Source of the DNA: Candidatus Latescibacterota bacterium
GTDB taxonomy: Bacteria > Latescibacterota > UBA2968 > UBA8231
Assembly: GCA_965243025.1 (NCBI GenBank)
Contig: CBDETY010000003.1
Coordinates: 4,128,001-4,192,000 of the forward strand
Direction: 5' to 3'
DNA length: 64,000 nt
Shown here: positions 1-8,613 of the stretch, in pieces
How positions within the stretch are numbered: the first letter of the stretch is position 1
How the letters are laid out: each line of letters starts with the position of its first letter
The notes under the pieces: model-generated
Told to the model about the DNA's origin: nothing
Seen by the model: only the letters and a program-made list of their open reading frames with translations
The model's database searches: none
Translations under genes and position numbers: made by a program

Positions 1-1700
1 ACGAGGAAGAGGACGAAGCGGCGGTCCGCCTCGGGCAGCTGCAGGCGCTCGAGGAGCTCCGTCGTCATCTCGACGCCGCAGGAGATGTGCTCCTGCCGCC
101 GCGACTTTCCGACGTCGTGCAGGAGGATGCCGAGCACCAGCAGGTCGCGCCGCTCCAGGGCGTCGTACACCCGTTTCAGGCTCGAATCCCCCTCCCGCTT
201 CGACAGGGCCTCGAGGTTCTCCAGGGCGACCAGGGTGTGCTCGTCGACGGTGTAGAGGTGGAAGATGTCGTACTGGACGAGGCAGGTCAGCGAGCCGAAC
301 TCCGGCAGGTAGGCGCCCAGCACTCCGAGCTCGTGCATCGACCTCATGGCCGCGGCGACCCGCTGCTTGCGGCGGATGACGGCCGAGAAGATCGCCCTCG
401 CGTCGGGGCTGCGGCGGAAGCCGTCGTCGATCAGGTCGAGGGACTGCAGGATGCAGCGCTGCGCCTGCTCCCCCAGACGCATGCTCCTGCTCTGGGCGAG
501 AGCGAATATCCGCAGCAGCCGCAGCGGTTCCTCGCGGAAGTAGGCCTCGCCGTCCGGCAGCGATATCTCGCCGTCTACCGCCACCACCCCTTCCTCGAGC
601 AGCAGGCGGCGGCTGCGGCGCCGCGGCTTGTCGACGACGCGCTCGAAACCGAGCTCGACCAGGTGGAAGACGCCGCGGGCGTGCAGGTAGTAGTCGCGCA
701 TGAAGTGTTCGGAGGCCAGCTCGAGCCCGCGGTCCTCACCGAGCCGGTCGGCGGCCCCGACCCGGTGCCGGGGGTCGCCGTTGCCGCCTTCCCGGGCGGA
801 CCCTCCCGCCGGCTCCTCCCCGCCGACGGCGCGGTCGCCGTACCCCAGGGCCGCGGCGATCGCGGTCTTGTGCTCGAAATCGAGGACGTCGTGCTTGCGC
901 CCCATCGCGAAGTGCAGCTGGTGGCGGACCCGCCACAGGAAGTCGCGCCCCGCGGCCAGGGTCTCGACGTCCTCGGCGTCGAGGAAGCGCGGCCACACCT
1001 TGGCGAGATCCGGTCCGCCGCGCGCCTTCAGGGCCCACTCGAGCAGGTGGATCTCGCGCAGGCCGCCGGCGCTCTCCTTGACGTTCGGCTCGAGCACCTG
1101 CACCCGGCCGGAGCTCTCCTTGCGGGAGCGCCGCAGCGCCGCGAGCCGGTTCACCGTCTTCTTCGGCAAGCCCGCGAACAGCCGCTTACGAAACTTTTCG
1201 AACAGCTCGCGGTCCCCGGCGAGGAAGCGCCCGTCCAGCATGGCGGTGCAGGACTCCATGTCGCCGCGGGTCATGCGCACCGACTCGGTGACCGTGCGGC
1301 TTCCGTGGCCGATGTCGAAACCGACGTCCCACAGGGGATGCAGCACTCCCGAGATCAGCCCGGCGCTCTTGTCCTTCTCCCTGTCGAACAGGAACAGCAG
1401 GTCGACGTCGGAACAGGGGGACATCTCCCGGCGGCCGTACCCCCCAAGGGCCACCAGGGCGTACGGCGGCGGATCGGCCGCATCCCCCGCCGCCTCCCGG
1501 TACGCGTCGAGGACGATGGCGTCGGTTGTGTCGGCGATGGCGCGGGCGATCGCAAGCCCCCCCTCCCCGCCCCGGTGGCGTTCCTCGATCTGCTCGATCC
1601 GGGCTGTGCGGAACTCCCGGCGCGCCTCCAGGGCATTGCCGCCGGCGCGGGCTTCCCGCAGCTCCCGTTCGAGTTCGGACAGTTCGGTCTCTTTCATCAT
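1..1700 (-). CDS. glnD: Bifunctional PII uridylyltransferase/uridylyl-removing enzyme, N-terminal part (runs off the left edge)
   Basis: Manual translation from ATG 1700 (MMKETELSEL...) gives ALVALGGYGRREMSPCSDVDLLFL (NTase motif), FLWRVRHQLH, FMRDYY and YDIFHLYTVDEHTL (HD domain start). Absent from the ORF track because it is truncated. Confidence 0.93.
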   Translation of the reverse strand, partial: MMKETELSELERELREARAGGNALEARREFRTARIEQIEERHRGGEGGLAIARAIADTTDAIVLDAYREAAGDAADPPPYALVALGGYGRREMSPCSDVDLLFLFDREKDKSAGLISGVLHPLWDVGFDIGHGSRTVTESVRMTRGDMESCTAMLDGRFLAGDRELFEKFRKRLFAGLPKKTVNRLAALRRSRKESSGRVQVLEPNVKESAGGLREIHLLEWALKARGGPDLAKVWPRFLDAEDVETLAAGRDFLWRVRHQLHFAMGRKHDVLDFEHKTAIAAALGYGDRAVGGEEPAGGSAREGGNGDPRHRVGAADRLGEDRGLELASEHFMRDYYLHARGVFHLVELGFERVVDKPRRRSRRLLLEEGVVAVDGEISLPDGEAYFREEPLRLLRIFALAQSRSMRLGEQAQRCILQSLDLIDDGFRRSPDARAIFSAVIRRKQRVAAAMRSMHELGVLGAYLPEFGSLTCLVQYDIFHLYTVDEHTLVALENLEALSKREGDSSLKRVYDALERRDLLVLGILLHDVGKSRRQEHISCGVEMTTELLERLQLPEADRRFVLFL

Positions 1701-1740
1701 AATCGCTCGATAATCGCTCGCTCGCGGGCAGCCGGTGGGG

Positions 1741-2604
1741 CTACTCCACCGGAATCTCGTCGTTGAAGACCTGGGTGCGCTTCATCAGGCGGCGCTGGTC
1801 CGGGGGAAAGGGGAGCCGCCGGTGCATGGTGGGGCGGTTGTCGAAGAGGACGACGTCCCCGACCTGCCACTCGTGGGTCCAGACGAAGCGGGGCTGCTCG
1901 AGGTGGGCGTAGAGCCCGGCGAGCAGGGCCTCGCTCTCCTGCCGGTCGAGGCCGACTACGTAGCGCGTCAGGTGGGGGCCGACGTAGAGGGAGCGCCGTC
2001 CGGTCTCGGGGTGGGTGCGCACGACCGGGTGGGCGACGTGCTCGGGAGGGTTCTGCGCCTCGACGTAGTGGCGGTGCACGGCCCTCATCCCTTTCAGGCG
2101 GGACTTCATGGCATCGGCGAGTTCCTCGTAGGCCGAGGTGCAGTTGCACCACTGGGTCTGGCCGCCGGTCGTGGGTACCTCCAGCGCGTAGAGCACGGAG
2201 AGGGTGCCGGGCCGCTCGAGGTAGGAAAGATCGGAGTGGAAGGGGATCAGCTCGTCACCCAGCTCCCCTATCGGCTCGCCGTTCTCCCTGATGTTGGATA
2301 TGAGGAAGATCTCCTTGACCCGCCGCGGGCGCTGCTTGCGGACATGGGGCACCGGCTTGCCGAAAAATGCGGTGAAGCGCACCAGGTCCTCGTCGCTGAG
2401 CCGCTGCCGGCGGAAGAAGACGACTCCGTGGTCGAGCAGGGCGCGGCGCACCCGGACGACCCCGGCCGGGGTCAGCGGCTCGGCCAGGTCGCATCCGGCG
2501 ATCTCGGCCCCGAGGGCGCCGCCGGTCGGCCGCACGCAAAGGCCGTCCCCGCGTTCCGCAGCCGCGAGCGCCGAAGTCGAGGGCTGTATCTCCTGATCTT
2601 CCAT
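1741..2604 (-). CDS. TauD/TfdA family Fe(II)/2-oxoglutarate dioxygenase
   Basis: LGAEIAGCDL, HGVVFFRRQ, FHSDLSY (HxD), HPVVRTHPETGRRSLY, WQVGDVVLFDNRPTMHRR. ATG 2604 chosen because it lies just downstream of a sigma70-like promoter. Confidence 0.92.
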   Translation of the reverse strand: MEDQEIQPSTSALAAAERGDGLCVRPTGGALGAEIAGCDLAEPLTPAGVVRVRRALLDHGVVFFRRQRLSDEDLVRFTAFFGKPVPHVRKQRPRRVKEIFLISNIRENGEPIGELGDELIPFHSDLSYLERPGTLSVLYALEVPTTGGQTQWCNCTSAYEELADAMKSRLKGMRAVHRHYVEAQNPPEHVAHPVVRTHPETGRRSLYVGPHLTRYVVGLDRQESEALLAGLYAHLEQPRFVWTHEWQVGDVVLFDNRPTMHRRLPFPPDQRRLMKRTQVFNDEIPVE

Positions 2605-2614
2605 GGTTTGATCG

Positions 2615-2643
2615 AGGGTAGAGGCTGATTTTTCGAGTGTCAA
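2615..2643 (-). promoter_or_regulatory. Putative sigma70 promoter for the TauD-like gene and glnD
   Basis: Minus strand TTGACA-N17-TACCCT, ending 10 nt before ATG 2604. Confidence 0.6.
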
Positions 2644-2660
2644 GGCGGACCTGTTTGCGG

Positions 2661-2690
2661 TTGACTTGGTTGCAGTCGGCCTTCTACAAT
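2661..2690 (+). promoter_or_regulatory. Putative sigma70 promoter for hflX
   Basis: TTGACT(2661-2666)-N18-TACAAT(2685-2690), back to back with the TauD-like promoter. Confidence 0.6.
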
Positions 2691-2717
2691 TCGGGCGGAA
2701 CCTTCGAAGGAGAAGCC

Positions 2718-4049
2718 CTGGAAGCGACATTCCGACAGCCGCAGGAATCCACCGGACATTCGCCCGAGTCCGCCCTCCTCGTCGGCCTCTCGCTACCCGA
2801 CACGCCGCGCGGGGAAACCGAGGATTCGATCGACGAGCTCTCGCGTCTGGTCACCACGGCGACGATCGAGGTGGCCGGCGTCGTCACCCAGGCGCGCCCG
2901 CGCATCGAGCCCCGCTATTACATAGGCAAGGGCAAAGCGGAAGAGCTCAAGTCCAGGGCCTCAGCGGCCGGTGCCGGGATGATCGTCTTCGACAGCGATC
3001 TCACCCCGGCGCAGATGCGCAACCTCGAAAAACTCACCGACCTGCGCATTCTCGACCGCAGCGCCATCATCCTCGACATCTTCTCCCAGCACGCGCGCAC
3101 CCGGACCTCGCAGGTCCAGGTCGAGCTCGCCCAGCTGAATTACCTGCTGCCGCGCCTGACCCGGCAGTGGACCCACCTCTCGCGACAGGCCGGCGGCGGC
3201 GCCATCCGCGGCATGGGAGCGGCCGGGGTGCGCGGTCCCGGCGAAACGCAGCTCGAGACCGACCGCCGCATGATCCGCCGCCGCATAGGGGCGCTGACCC
3301 GCGAGCTCGACCGCATCGACAGCCAGTTCGAGACCAGCCGCAAGGGGCGGAGGCAGGAGCTTCGGGTGGCCCTGGTCGGCTACACCAACGCCGGCAAGTC
3401 GACGTTGATGAGGGCCCTGTCCGGGGCCGACGTGCTCGTCGAGGACCAGCTCTTCGCCACCCTGGACTCGACGACGCGCTCCGTCGACCTGGAGGGCAAG
3501 CGGAAGATCCTGCTGACCGACACGGTCGGATTCATCAGGCGGCTGCCCCACCACCTCGTCGCCTCCTTTCGCGCCACCCTCGAGGAGGCGGCGCAGGCCG
3601 ACCTGCTGCTGCACGTCATCGACGCCAGCCACCCCCACTGGCGCGGGCACGCCGACACCGTCGCCGAAGTCCTGTCGGCGCTGGGCGCCGCGGACAATCC
3701 GGTGATCGAGGTGCACAACAAGCTCGACCGGATGGGAGAGGAGGGAGACCTCTACGCCCGCTCGCTGCTCTCGGAGCCCGGCAAGGTCGCGGTATCCGCG
3801 CTCAGCGGCGAGGGGCTCGACCTGCTGAAGGAGAAGATCCGCTTCTACTGCGAGGAGCGGGAGGTCACCCTCGACCTGCGCATCCCGCAGAGTGAGGGGC
3901 GGCTCCTGTCGCAGCTGTTCGACCAGGGGCAGGTCCTCGAACGCAGGTACGATTCTGAAGAAGTGCGGGTCAGGGTGAGGCTCGACGCGGTCCGGGCCGA
4001 GCGCTGGCAGCTGGATCGGTACGCCGCGGAAGCCGGCAAATCGGGTTAG
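2718..4049 (+). CDS. hflX: Ribosome-splitting GTPase HflX
   Basis: YIGKGKAEE, QVELAQLNYLLPRL, GPGETQLETDRR, GYTNAGKS, LFATLD, DTVGFI, NKLD. Probable start is CTG 2718 after SD AAGGAG. Confidence 0.96.
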   Translation: MEATFRQPQESTGHSPESALLVGLSLPDTPRGETEDSIDELSRLVTTATIEVAGVVTQARPRIEPRYYIGKGKAEELKSRASAAGAGMIVFDSDLTPAQMRNLEKLTDLRILDRSAIILDIFSQHARTRTSQVQVELAQLNYLLPRLTRQWTHLSRQAGGGAIRGMGAAGVRGPGETQLETDRRMIRRRIGALTRELDRIDSQFETSRKGRRQELRVALVGYTNAGKSTLMRALSGADVLVEDQLFATLDSTTRSVDLEGKRKILLTDTVGFIRRLPHHLVASFRATLEEAAQADLLLHVIDASHPHWRGHADTVAEVLSALGAADNPVIEVHNKLDRMGEEGDLYARSLLSEPGKVAVSALSGEGLDLLKEKIRFYCEEREVTLDLRIPQSEGRLLSQLFDQGQVLERRYDSEEVRVRVRLDAVRAERWQLDRYAAEAGKSG

Positions 4050-4211
4050 TCTGCGGGTCCATCCCGGGGCGGCTCGATGCCAGATCCCGCGCCAGTTCCG
4101 CGTTGATCGGGCCGCCCTGATATCCCGGCGCGCCTTTGGGTCGGGCGCTTTGGGGAAAACGATGAAGCTGTCTTCGCCCTCGTTACTCACGGGCACAGGC
4201 AGGGTCGGGAA

Positions 4212-4802
4212 TCAGTCCTCGAGCTTGCCCTCGGCCACCGCCCTGGCGATGAGCCGCTCGGCCGCCTTCCATAACGCCGGGGCGCCCTCGGCGATGTGGC
4301 GGTTGCGGGCAACCACCTCCGCCCGCTTCACCCCGTGGCGCCTCCAGGTCTCCCCGCCGGCGCAGTAGTTCAGCAGGATCGGCTGGAAGCGGTCCAGCGC
4401 CGCGGCGAACTTCGCCTCGGGGGTCTTCCTCTCCTCGAACTCCTCCCACAGCGAGCGGTACTCCTCGGCCTGGTCCGGCGGCAGCATGCCGAACAGGCGC
4501 GCGGCAGCGGCGCGCTCTCTCTCGATCCGGTCCTCGTTCCCGCGGGTGTCGTAGGCGAAGGTGTCGCCGGCGTCGATTTCGACCACGTCGTGAAACAGCA
4601 GCATCCTGACGGCGCGCAGCAGGTCGATCTCCGCGGCGGCGTGCCCGGCGAGCAGGCAGGCCATCAGCGCCAGGTGCCAGGAGTGCTCGGCGTCGTTCTC
4701 CTGGCGGCGGTCGGAAATCAGCAGGGTCTGGCGCAGGACCTGCTTGAGCTTGTCGACCTCGACGATGAACTCGATCTGCGCGGTCAGCGGGTCCGTTTCC
4801 AT
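4212..4802 (-). CDS. HD-domain hydrolase (YfbR/HDDC2-like)
   Basis: DKLKQVLRQT, ENDAEHSWHLA, HDVVEIDAGDT, LWEEFEERKTPEAKFAAALDRFQP. Confidence 0.88.
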   Translation of the reverse strand: METDPLTAQIEFIVEVDKLKQVLRQTLLISDRRQENDAEHSWHLALMACLLAGHAAAEIDLLRAVRMLLFHDVVEIDAGDTFAYDTRGNEDRIERERAAAARLFGMLPPDQAEEYRSLWEEFEERKTPEAKFAAALDRFQPILLNYCAGGETWRRHGVKRAEVVARNRHIAEGAPALWKAAERLIARAVAEGKLED

Positions 4803-4936
4803 TTCTGGAGGGGTTCTGCCTGAGACGTTTTACGTTCAACAGCGCCTGAATTCCCGGAGACTTGGGGTTACGTCAGACCCGGCCCATTCCAAGTCTGGGA
4901 CGAATTCCCGAACCGCCCGACCTGCGGCCAGGCGCG

Positions 4937-5845
4937 CTACTCTTCGGTTTCCTGGAACTGGTCGATCAGCCCGGAGACCTGGGGATGGGCGGCCATCCCC
5001 CTGCCCGGGTGGATGATCAGGCGGTAGGAGAAGCTCTCCCTGCGGCCCGCCGGAATCGTCAGGCTCTCGTCGACGCTCTCGTCCCCCTTGAAGTCGTGCG
5101 CCCCGAAGGGATTGGCGGTGAACAGCCCGTAGCCGCGCACGTGCCAGTAGGTCGGGTGGCGAGGGTTGGTCCTGTGGTCGACGACGGTGTGCCCCCACTG
5201 CTCTCCGCTGGCCAGCGGTCCGGAGTAGTCGACCCAGGCGGCCCGCTTCCCCCAGGTGGTCTCCTCTCCTTCGCCGCTGTCGTACACGTCCCCTTCCGAG
5301 TTCTCGATGCGGCCCTTCTCCTTTGCGTCCATCGAGGTCGGCACGCGGATCGAGAACAGGCCCCCCTCCTTGGTGTCGCCGAAGGTGACGCCGCCGTGCA
5401 CGGCGCGGTACTCGCTGCGCAGATCGATGACGCGCAGTTCCCCCTTCGCGCAGATCCAGAGGCTGCGGCGCTCCTCGAGGAGCTTCTCCCCTTCCGGGCC
5501 GAACCAGTCGACGATGCCGTCGATGGTCGCCACGTCTCCGACGACGCCGACCACCGGCTCCCCCCGCTGCAGCATGGCCCCGTGGCCGACCCCCTCGTCC
5601 CAGACGTTGTGGCCGTTGACCAGCCCGTGGGCTACGTAGATGCTGCGGTGGTGGTAGTGGTCGTCGGTCTCCCCCCCGATCCGCTCCGTCGGAAAGCCGC
5701 GCGTCAGCCGCTGCCCGTCCGGCGTCAGGACCGGGTAGAGGTAGGGCCGGCAGAGGTAGTGGCCGTAGCGGTACTCGGTGAAAAGCGACCCGTCCATGGT
5801 GACGGCGGCCTTGCATTCTTCGGGAAGGAGCTGGATGTCGATCAT
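4937..5845 (-). CDS. DUF6807 / 'PmoA-family' soluble protein of unknown function
   Basis: RPYLYPV, DHYHHRSIYVAHG, FGDTKEG, WVDYSG, WHVRGYGLFTANPFG; no membrane helices. Confidence 0.75.
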   Translation of the reverse strand: MIDIQLLPEECKAAVTMDGSLFTEYRYGHYLCRPYLYPVLTPDGQRLTRGFPTERIGGETDDHYHHRSIYVAHGLVNGHNVWDEGVGHGAMLQRGEPVVGVVGDVATIDGIVDWFGPEGEKLLEERRSLWICAKGELRVIDLRSEYRAVHGGVTFGDTKEGGLFSIRVPTSMDAKEKGRIENSEGDVYDSGEGEETTWGKRAAWVDYSGPLASGEQWGHTVVDHRTNPRHPTYWHVRGYGLFTANPFGAHDFKGDESVDESLTIPAGRRESFSYRLIIHPGRGMAAHPQVSGLIDQFQETEE

Positions 5846-5902
5846 GCCACCTCGGTTCGATTGTTCTTTTTGGATTGAGGAAGAACGCGGCCTGCGGCGG
5901 TT

Positions 5903-7234
5903 TCAGGCGCCACAGCAGCGTTTGTGCTTGCGGCCGCTGCCGCACGGGCAGGGGTCGTTGCGGCCGGGGGGCCTCACGGAGGCGGCCGCCTTGCGCCGGT
6001 CGCGCTCGCGCGCCCACTCCATGACGTGGGCGGCGGGCCGGCCCCGCTGCAGTTCCCGCGCCATGAACTCCATGTACGGCGCCACGTGGGCGAAGTAGAT
6101 CTTGTACCCCTTGCACAGGTAGTTGAGGCCCTGCTCCCCGTCCGGCGTCCGCGTGAAGCGGTGCTTGGGGCAGCCGCCGTTGCAGGCGAAGCGGAAGTCG
6201 CATTCGCGGCAGTAGCGCGGCAGGGTGTCCCGCTTGTCGGTCCCGAACTTGCGCTGCTGGGCGCCGGCGACCATCTCGCGGATCGAGTGGTCGCGCACGT
6301 TGCCGAGGTTGTACTCGGGATACACGAAGTGGTCGCACGAGTAGAGGTCGCCGTTGTGCTCGATGATCAGGGCGTTGCCGCAGGTCTCGGCAAAGATGCA
6401 GAGACTGGCGTCCTGGCCGAGCCAGGATCCCAGCGAGACATCGAAGATCTGCACGAAGAACCGCCCGACGTCGGCGCGCACCCACTCGTCGAAGACCCCG
6501 CACAGGAACCTGCCGTACTGCGCCGAGCCGACCGACCATTTCGTCACCTGCGCGCGGCCCTCGAAGGCCGGGTCGATCAGGGTCAGCTCGTCTTCGGTTG
6601 CAGCCTCTGCGGCGCGCTCGACGATCGGGATGAACTGCATGAAGCCGCTGCCGATATCCTTGAGGAAGCGGTACACGGCCTGGGGATGTTCGGCGTTGTG
6701 GTTCTGCAGAACGGTGAGGGTGTTGTACTCGACCTTGTGTTTCTCGAGCACCTCGAGGCCGGCCATCACCCGGTCGAAGGTCGGCTTCTGCCCCTTGTCG
6801 ACCCGGTAGCGGTCGTGCAGCTCGCGCGGGCCGTCGATGGAGAGGCCGATCAGGAAGTCCTCCTGCGCGAGGAACTCCCCCCACTCGTCGTCCAGCAGGA
6901 TGCCGTTGGTCTGGAAGGCGTTGGTGACCGTCTTGCCGTCGGCGTAGCGCTTCTGCAGCTCGACGGCGCGGCGGTAGAAATCGACCCCGAGCAGGGTCGG
7001 CTCCCCGCCCTGCCAGGCGAAGTTCACCGCGGGCACGTCCTGGGCCTCGATGTACTGCCTGACGTAGAGCTCGAGCACCTCGTCGCTCATGCGCCAGTTC
7101 TTGCGCGCCTGGGGATACAGCTTCTCCTTCTCGAGATAGAAGCAGTAGGTGCAGTCGATGTTGCAGACCGAGCCGGACGGCTTGGCCATCACGTGGCTGG
7201 CGGCGGGTGCTTCTGCTGTGGGGGCTTGCGGCAT
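5903..7234 (-). CDS. Anaerobic sulfatase maturase (radical SAM/SPASM) with C-terminal SEC-C motif
   Basis: KPSGSVCNIDCTYCFY (CxxxCxxC), WQGGEPTL, YSCDHFV, CNGGCPKHRF, GRNDPCPCGSGRKHKRCCG. Confidence 0.93.
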   Translation of the reverse strand: MPQAPTAEAPAASHVMAKPSGSVCNIDCTYCFYLEKEKLYPQARKNWRMSDEVLELYVRQYIEAQDVPAVNFAWQGGEPTLLGVDFYRRAVELQKRYADGKTVTNAFQTNGILLDDEWGEFLAQEDFLIGLSIDGPRELHDRYRVDKGQKPTFDRVMAGLEVLEKHKVEYNTLTVLQNHNAEHPQAVYRFLKDIGSGFMQFIPIVERAAEAATEDELTLIDPAFEGRAQVTKWSVGSAQYGRFLCGVFDEWVRADVGRFFVQIFDVSLGSWLGQDASLCIFAETCGNALIIEHNGDLYSCDHFVYPEYNLGNVRDHSIREMVAGAQQRKFGTDKRDTLPRYCRECDFRFACNGGCPKHRFTRTPDGEQGLNYLCKGYKIYFAHVAPYMEFMARELQRGRPAAHVMEWARERDRRKAAASVRPPGRNDPCPCGSGRKHKRCCGA

Positions 7235-7609
7235 GCGCTGGAATCGATTTCGGGAAGGATGGCGGCGCGTACGATACGGCAGCCATACCCGGGCAGCAAC
7301 TGCGATTCAGCCCGAAGAGCCCCGGCCGGGTTGCTGCCTGCCATAACAAGTCGATCCCAGGGCGTGCGCCCCGGGCTGCGGCCGGCAGCGCCCGGGTGGT
7401 ATCTTCTGGATCTGCTTCTCCCGCATCCCGACCTGGTGCCTGGCGGGCAATCAAGCGTAATGACGAGGGTGCCGATGCGCCCGGCTCCCAAAGCGCCTGG
7501 GCGAGTCGTACCGAGGGTGTACGGCGAGAGAAGGCAACGGCGTGAGCCGGGATGTATCCCGGAACCCGTTACCGCCTCCCCGGGCATCCCAACCTGATAC
7601 CCATTCCTC

Positions 7610-8311
7610 ATGAGAACCGTATTCGTCGGCGACGTCCACGGATGCAGCGGCGAGCTGCGCCGCCTGCTGAGGGAGGTCGGCTTCGACACCGGGGCCGACC
7701 GCCTGCTGCTGACCGGCGACGCCTTCAGCCGCGGCCCCGACCCTGCCGGGGTGTGGCATGCCATCGCGGACACCGGGGCGGAGATGGTCCTCGGCAACCA
7801 CGACGACCGGGTGCTGCGCCAGCTCGGCCGGCTCGCCCGGGGAGAGGAGGTCGAGTTCCGCAAGCCGGATCACCGGACGACGGTGGAGCAGCTGCGGCCC
7901 GTCGCCGGCGAACTTCTCCCCTGGCTGCGGCAGGTTCCGCTCTGGATCGAGGGGGAGGAGTTCCTTCTCGTCCACGCCGGCATCGACCCGGAAGCCGGGC
8001 TCGCCGGCACCACGAGGGAGCAGTTCCTCCGCATCCGCCTGTGGCCCCCCGGGCGGGGGGTCGACGGACCGCGCTGGCACCAGCATGTCGAGCCCCCTGC
8101 AGGCACCATCGTCTTCGGACACGACGCCCCGGGCGGCCTGGTGCGCGTCTTTCGCGAAGGGGAATCGGAAGCCGCGGGAGATCCGCCCTGCCTGCTCGGG
8201 CTCGACACCGGCTGCGTGTACGGCGGGCGCCTCAGCGCCTGGCTGCTGGAGGAGCGCCGCCTCGTGCAGGTCGACAGCGAGCGGGCCTGGTTCGGGAGCG
8301 CGGATCGATGA
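7610..8311 (+). CDS. Calcineurin-like metallophosphoesterase (ApaH/PrpE-like)
   Basis: GDVHGC, GDAFSRG, GNHD, VHAGI, FGH, LDTGCVYGGRLSA. Confidence 0.88.
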   Translation: MRTVFVGDVHGCSGELRRLLREVGFDTGADRLLLTGDAFSRGPDPAGVWHAIADTGAEMVLGNHDDRVLRQLGRLARGEEVEFRKPDHRTTVEQLRPVAGELLPWLRQVPLWIEGEEFLLVHAGIDPEAGLAGTTREQFLRIRLWPPGRGVDGPRWHQHVEPPAGTIVFGHDAPGGLVRVFREGESEAAGDPPCLLGLDTGCVYGGRLSAWLLEERRLVQVDSERAWFGSADR

Positions 8312-8438
8312 GTATGCCCTGCAGGGGAGGCCGGCATGCAGGCAAGGGCGCGCGACCGGGTCGAGCCGCAAGGTATTCGAGCGAAAGCGCAACGGGGCTG
8401 CGATCCCCGGGCAGGCGCCGGCCGGATGGACTTCCAGG

Positions 8439-8613
8439 GGCTGAAAGTCAGCCCCCGTCGCGGCTGACCGGGTTCGCCAGGCCACCCTCATCTACTCCGG
8501 GTGGAACGTCAGGCGCGGGCGCGGCTGGTCGGGCTGGCCGGCAGGTCCGCCAACCTGCCCTCAAACGGTCCGGCTGAAAGTCAGCCCCCGGCGCGGCTGA
8601 CCAGGTTCGCCAG
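8439..8613. repeat. Degenerate direct repeats (three ~42-bp copies) of the 3' end of the C26 amidase gene
   Basis: 8439-8480 and 8572-8613 are identical at 40/42 positions; a more diverged copy lies at 8500-8541. Confidence 0.8.

Noticed and set aside
87-1766. Long plus-strand ORF, and similar long antisense or alternate-frame ORFs (e.g. 17868-21458, 24717-26819, 50840-52897, 62123-63670)
   Set aside because: Shadow ORFs of high-GC genes: no motifs, and each overlaps a recognisable gene on the other strand or frame.
4937-5845. 'PmoA' family label implying methane monooxygenase
   Set aside because: Soluble protein with no TM helices and no pmoB/pmoC; the family name is misleading.
7450-7495. 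SAM-I riboswitch resemblance (ATCAAG...GAGGG...GATG...CGGC)
   Set aside because: Lacks GCAACC, the P2 pairing and GTGCxAAxTCC.
8439-8613. Mini CRISPR array
   Set aside because: The repeat is the coding 3' end of the neighbouring gene, spacers are irregular (19 and 30 bp), the middle copy is degenerate, and there are no cas genes.
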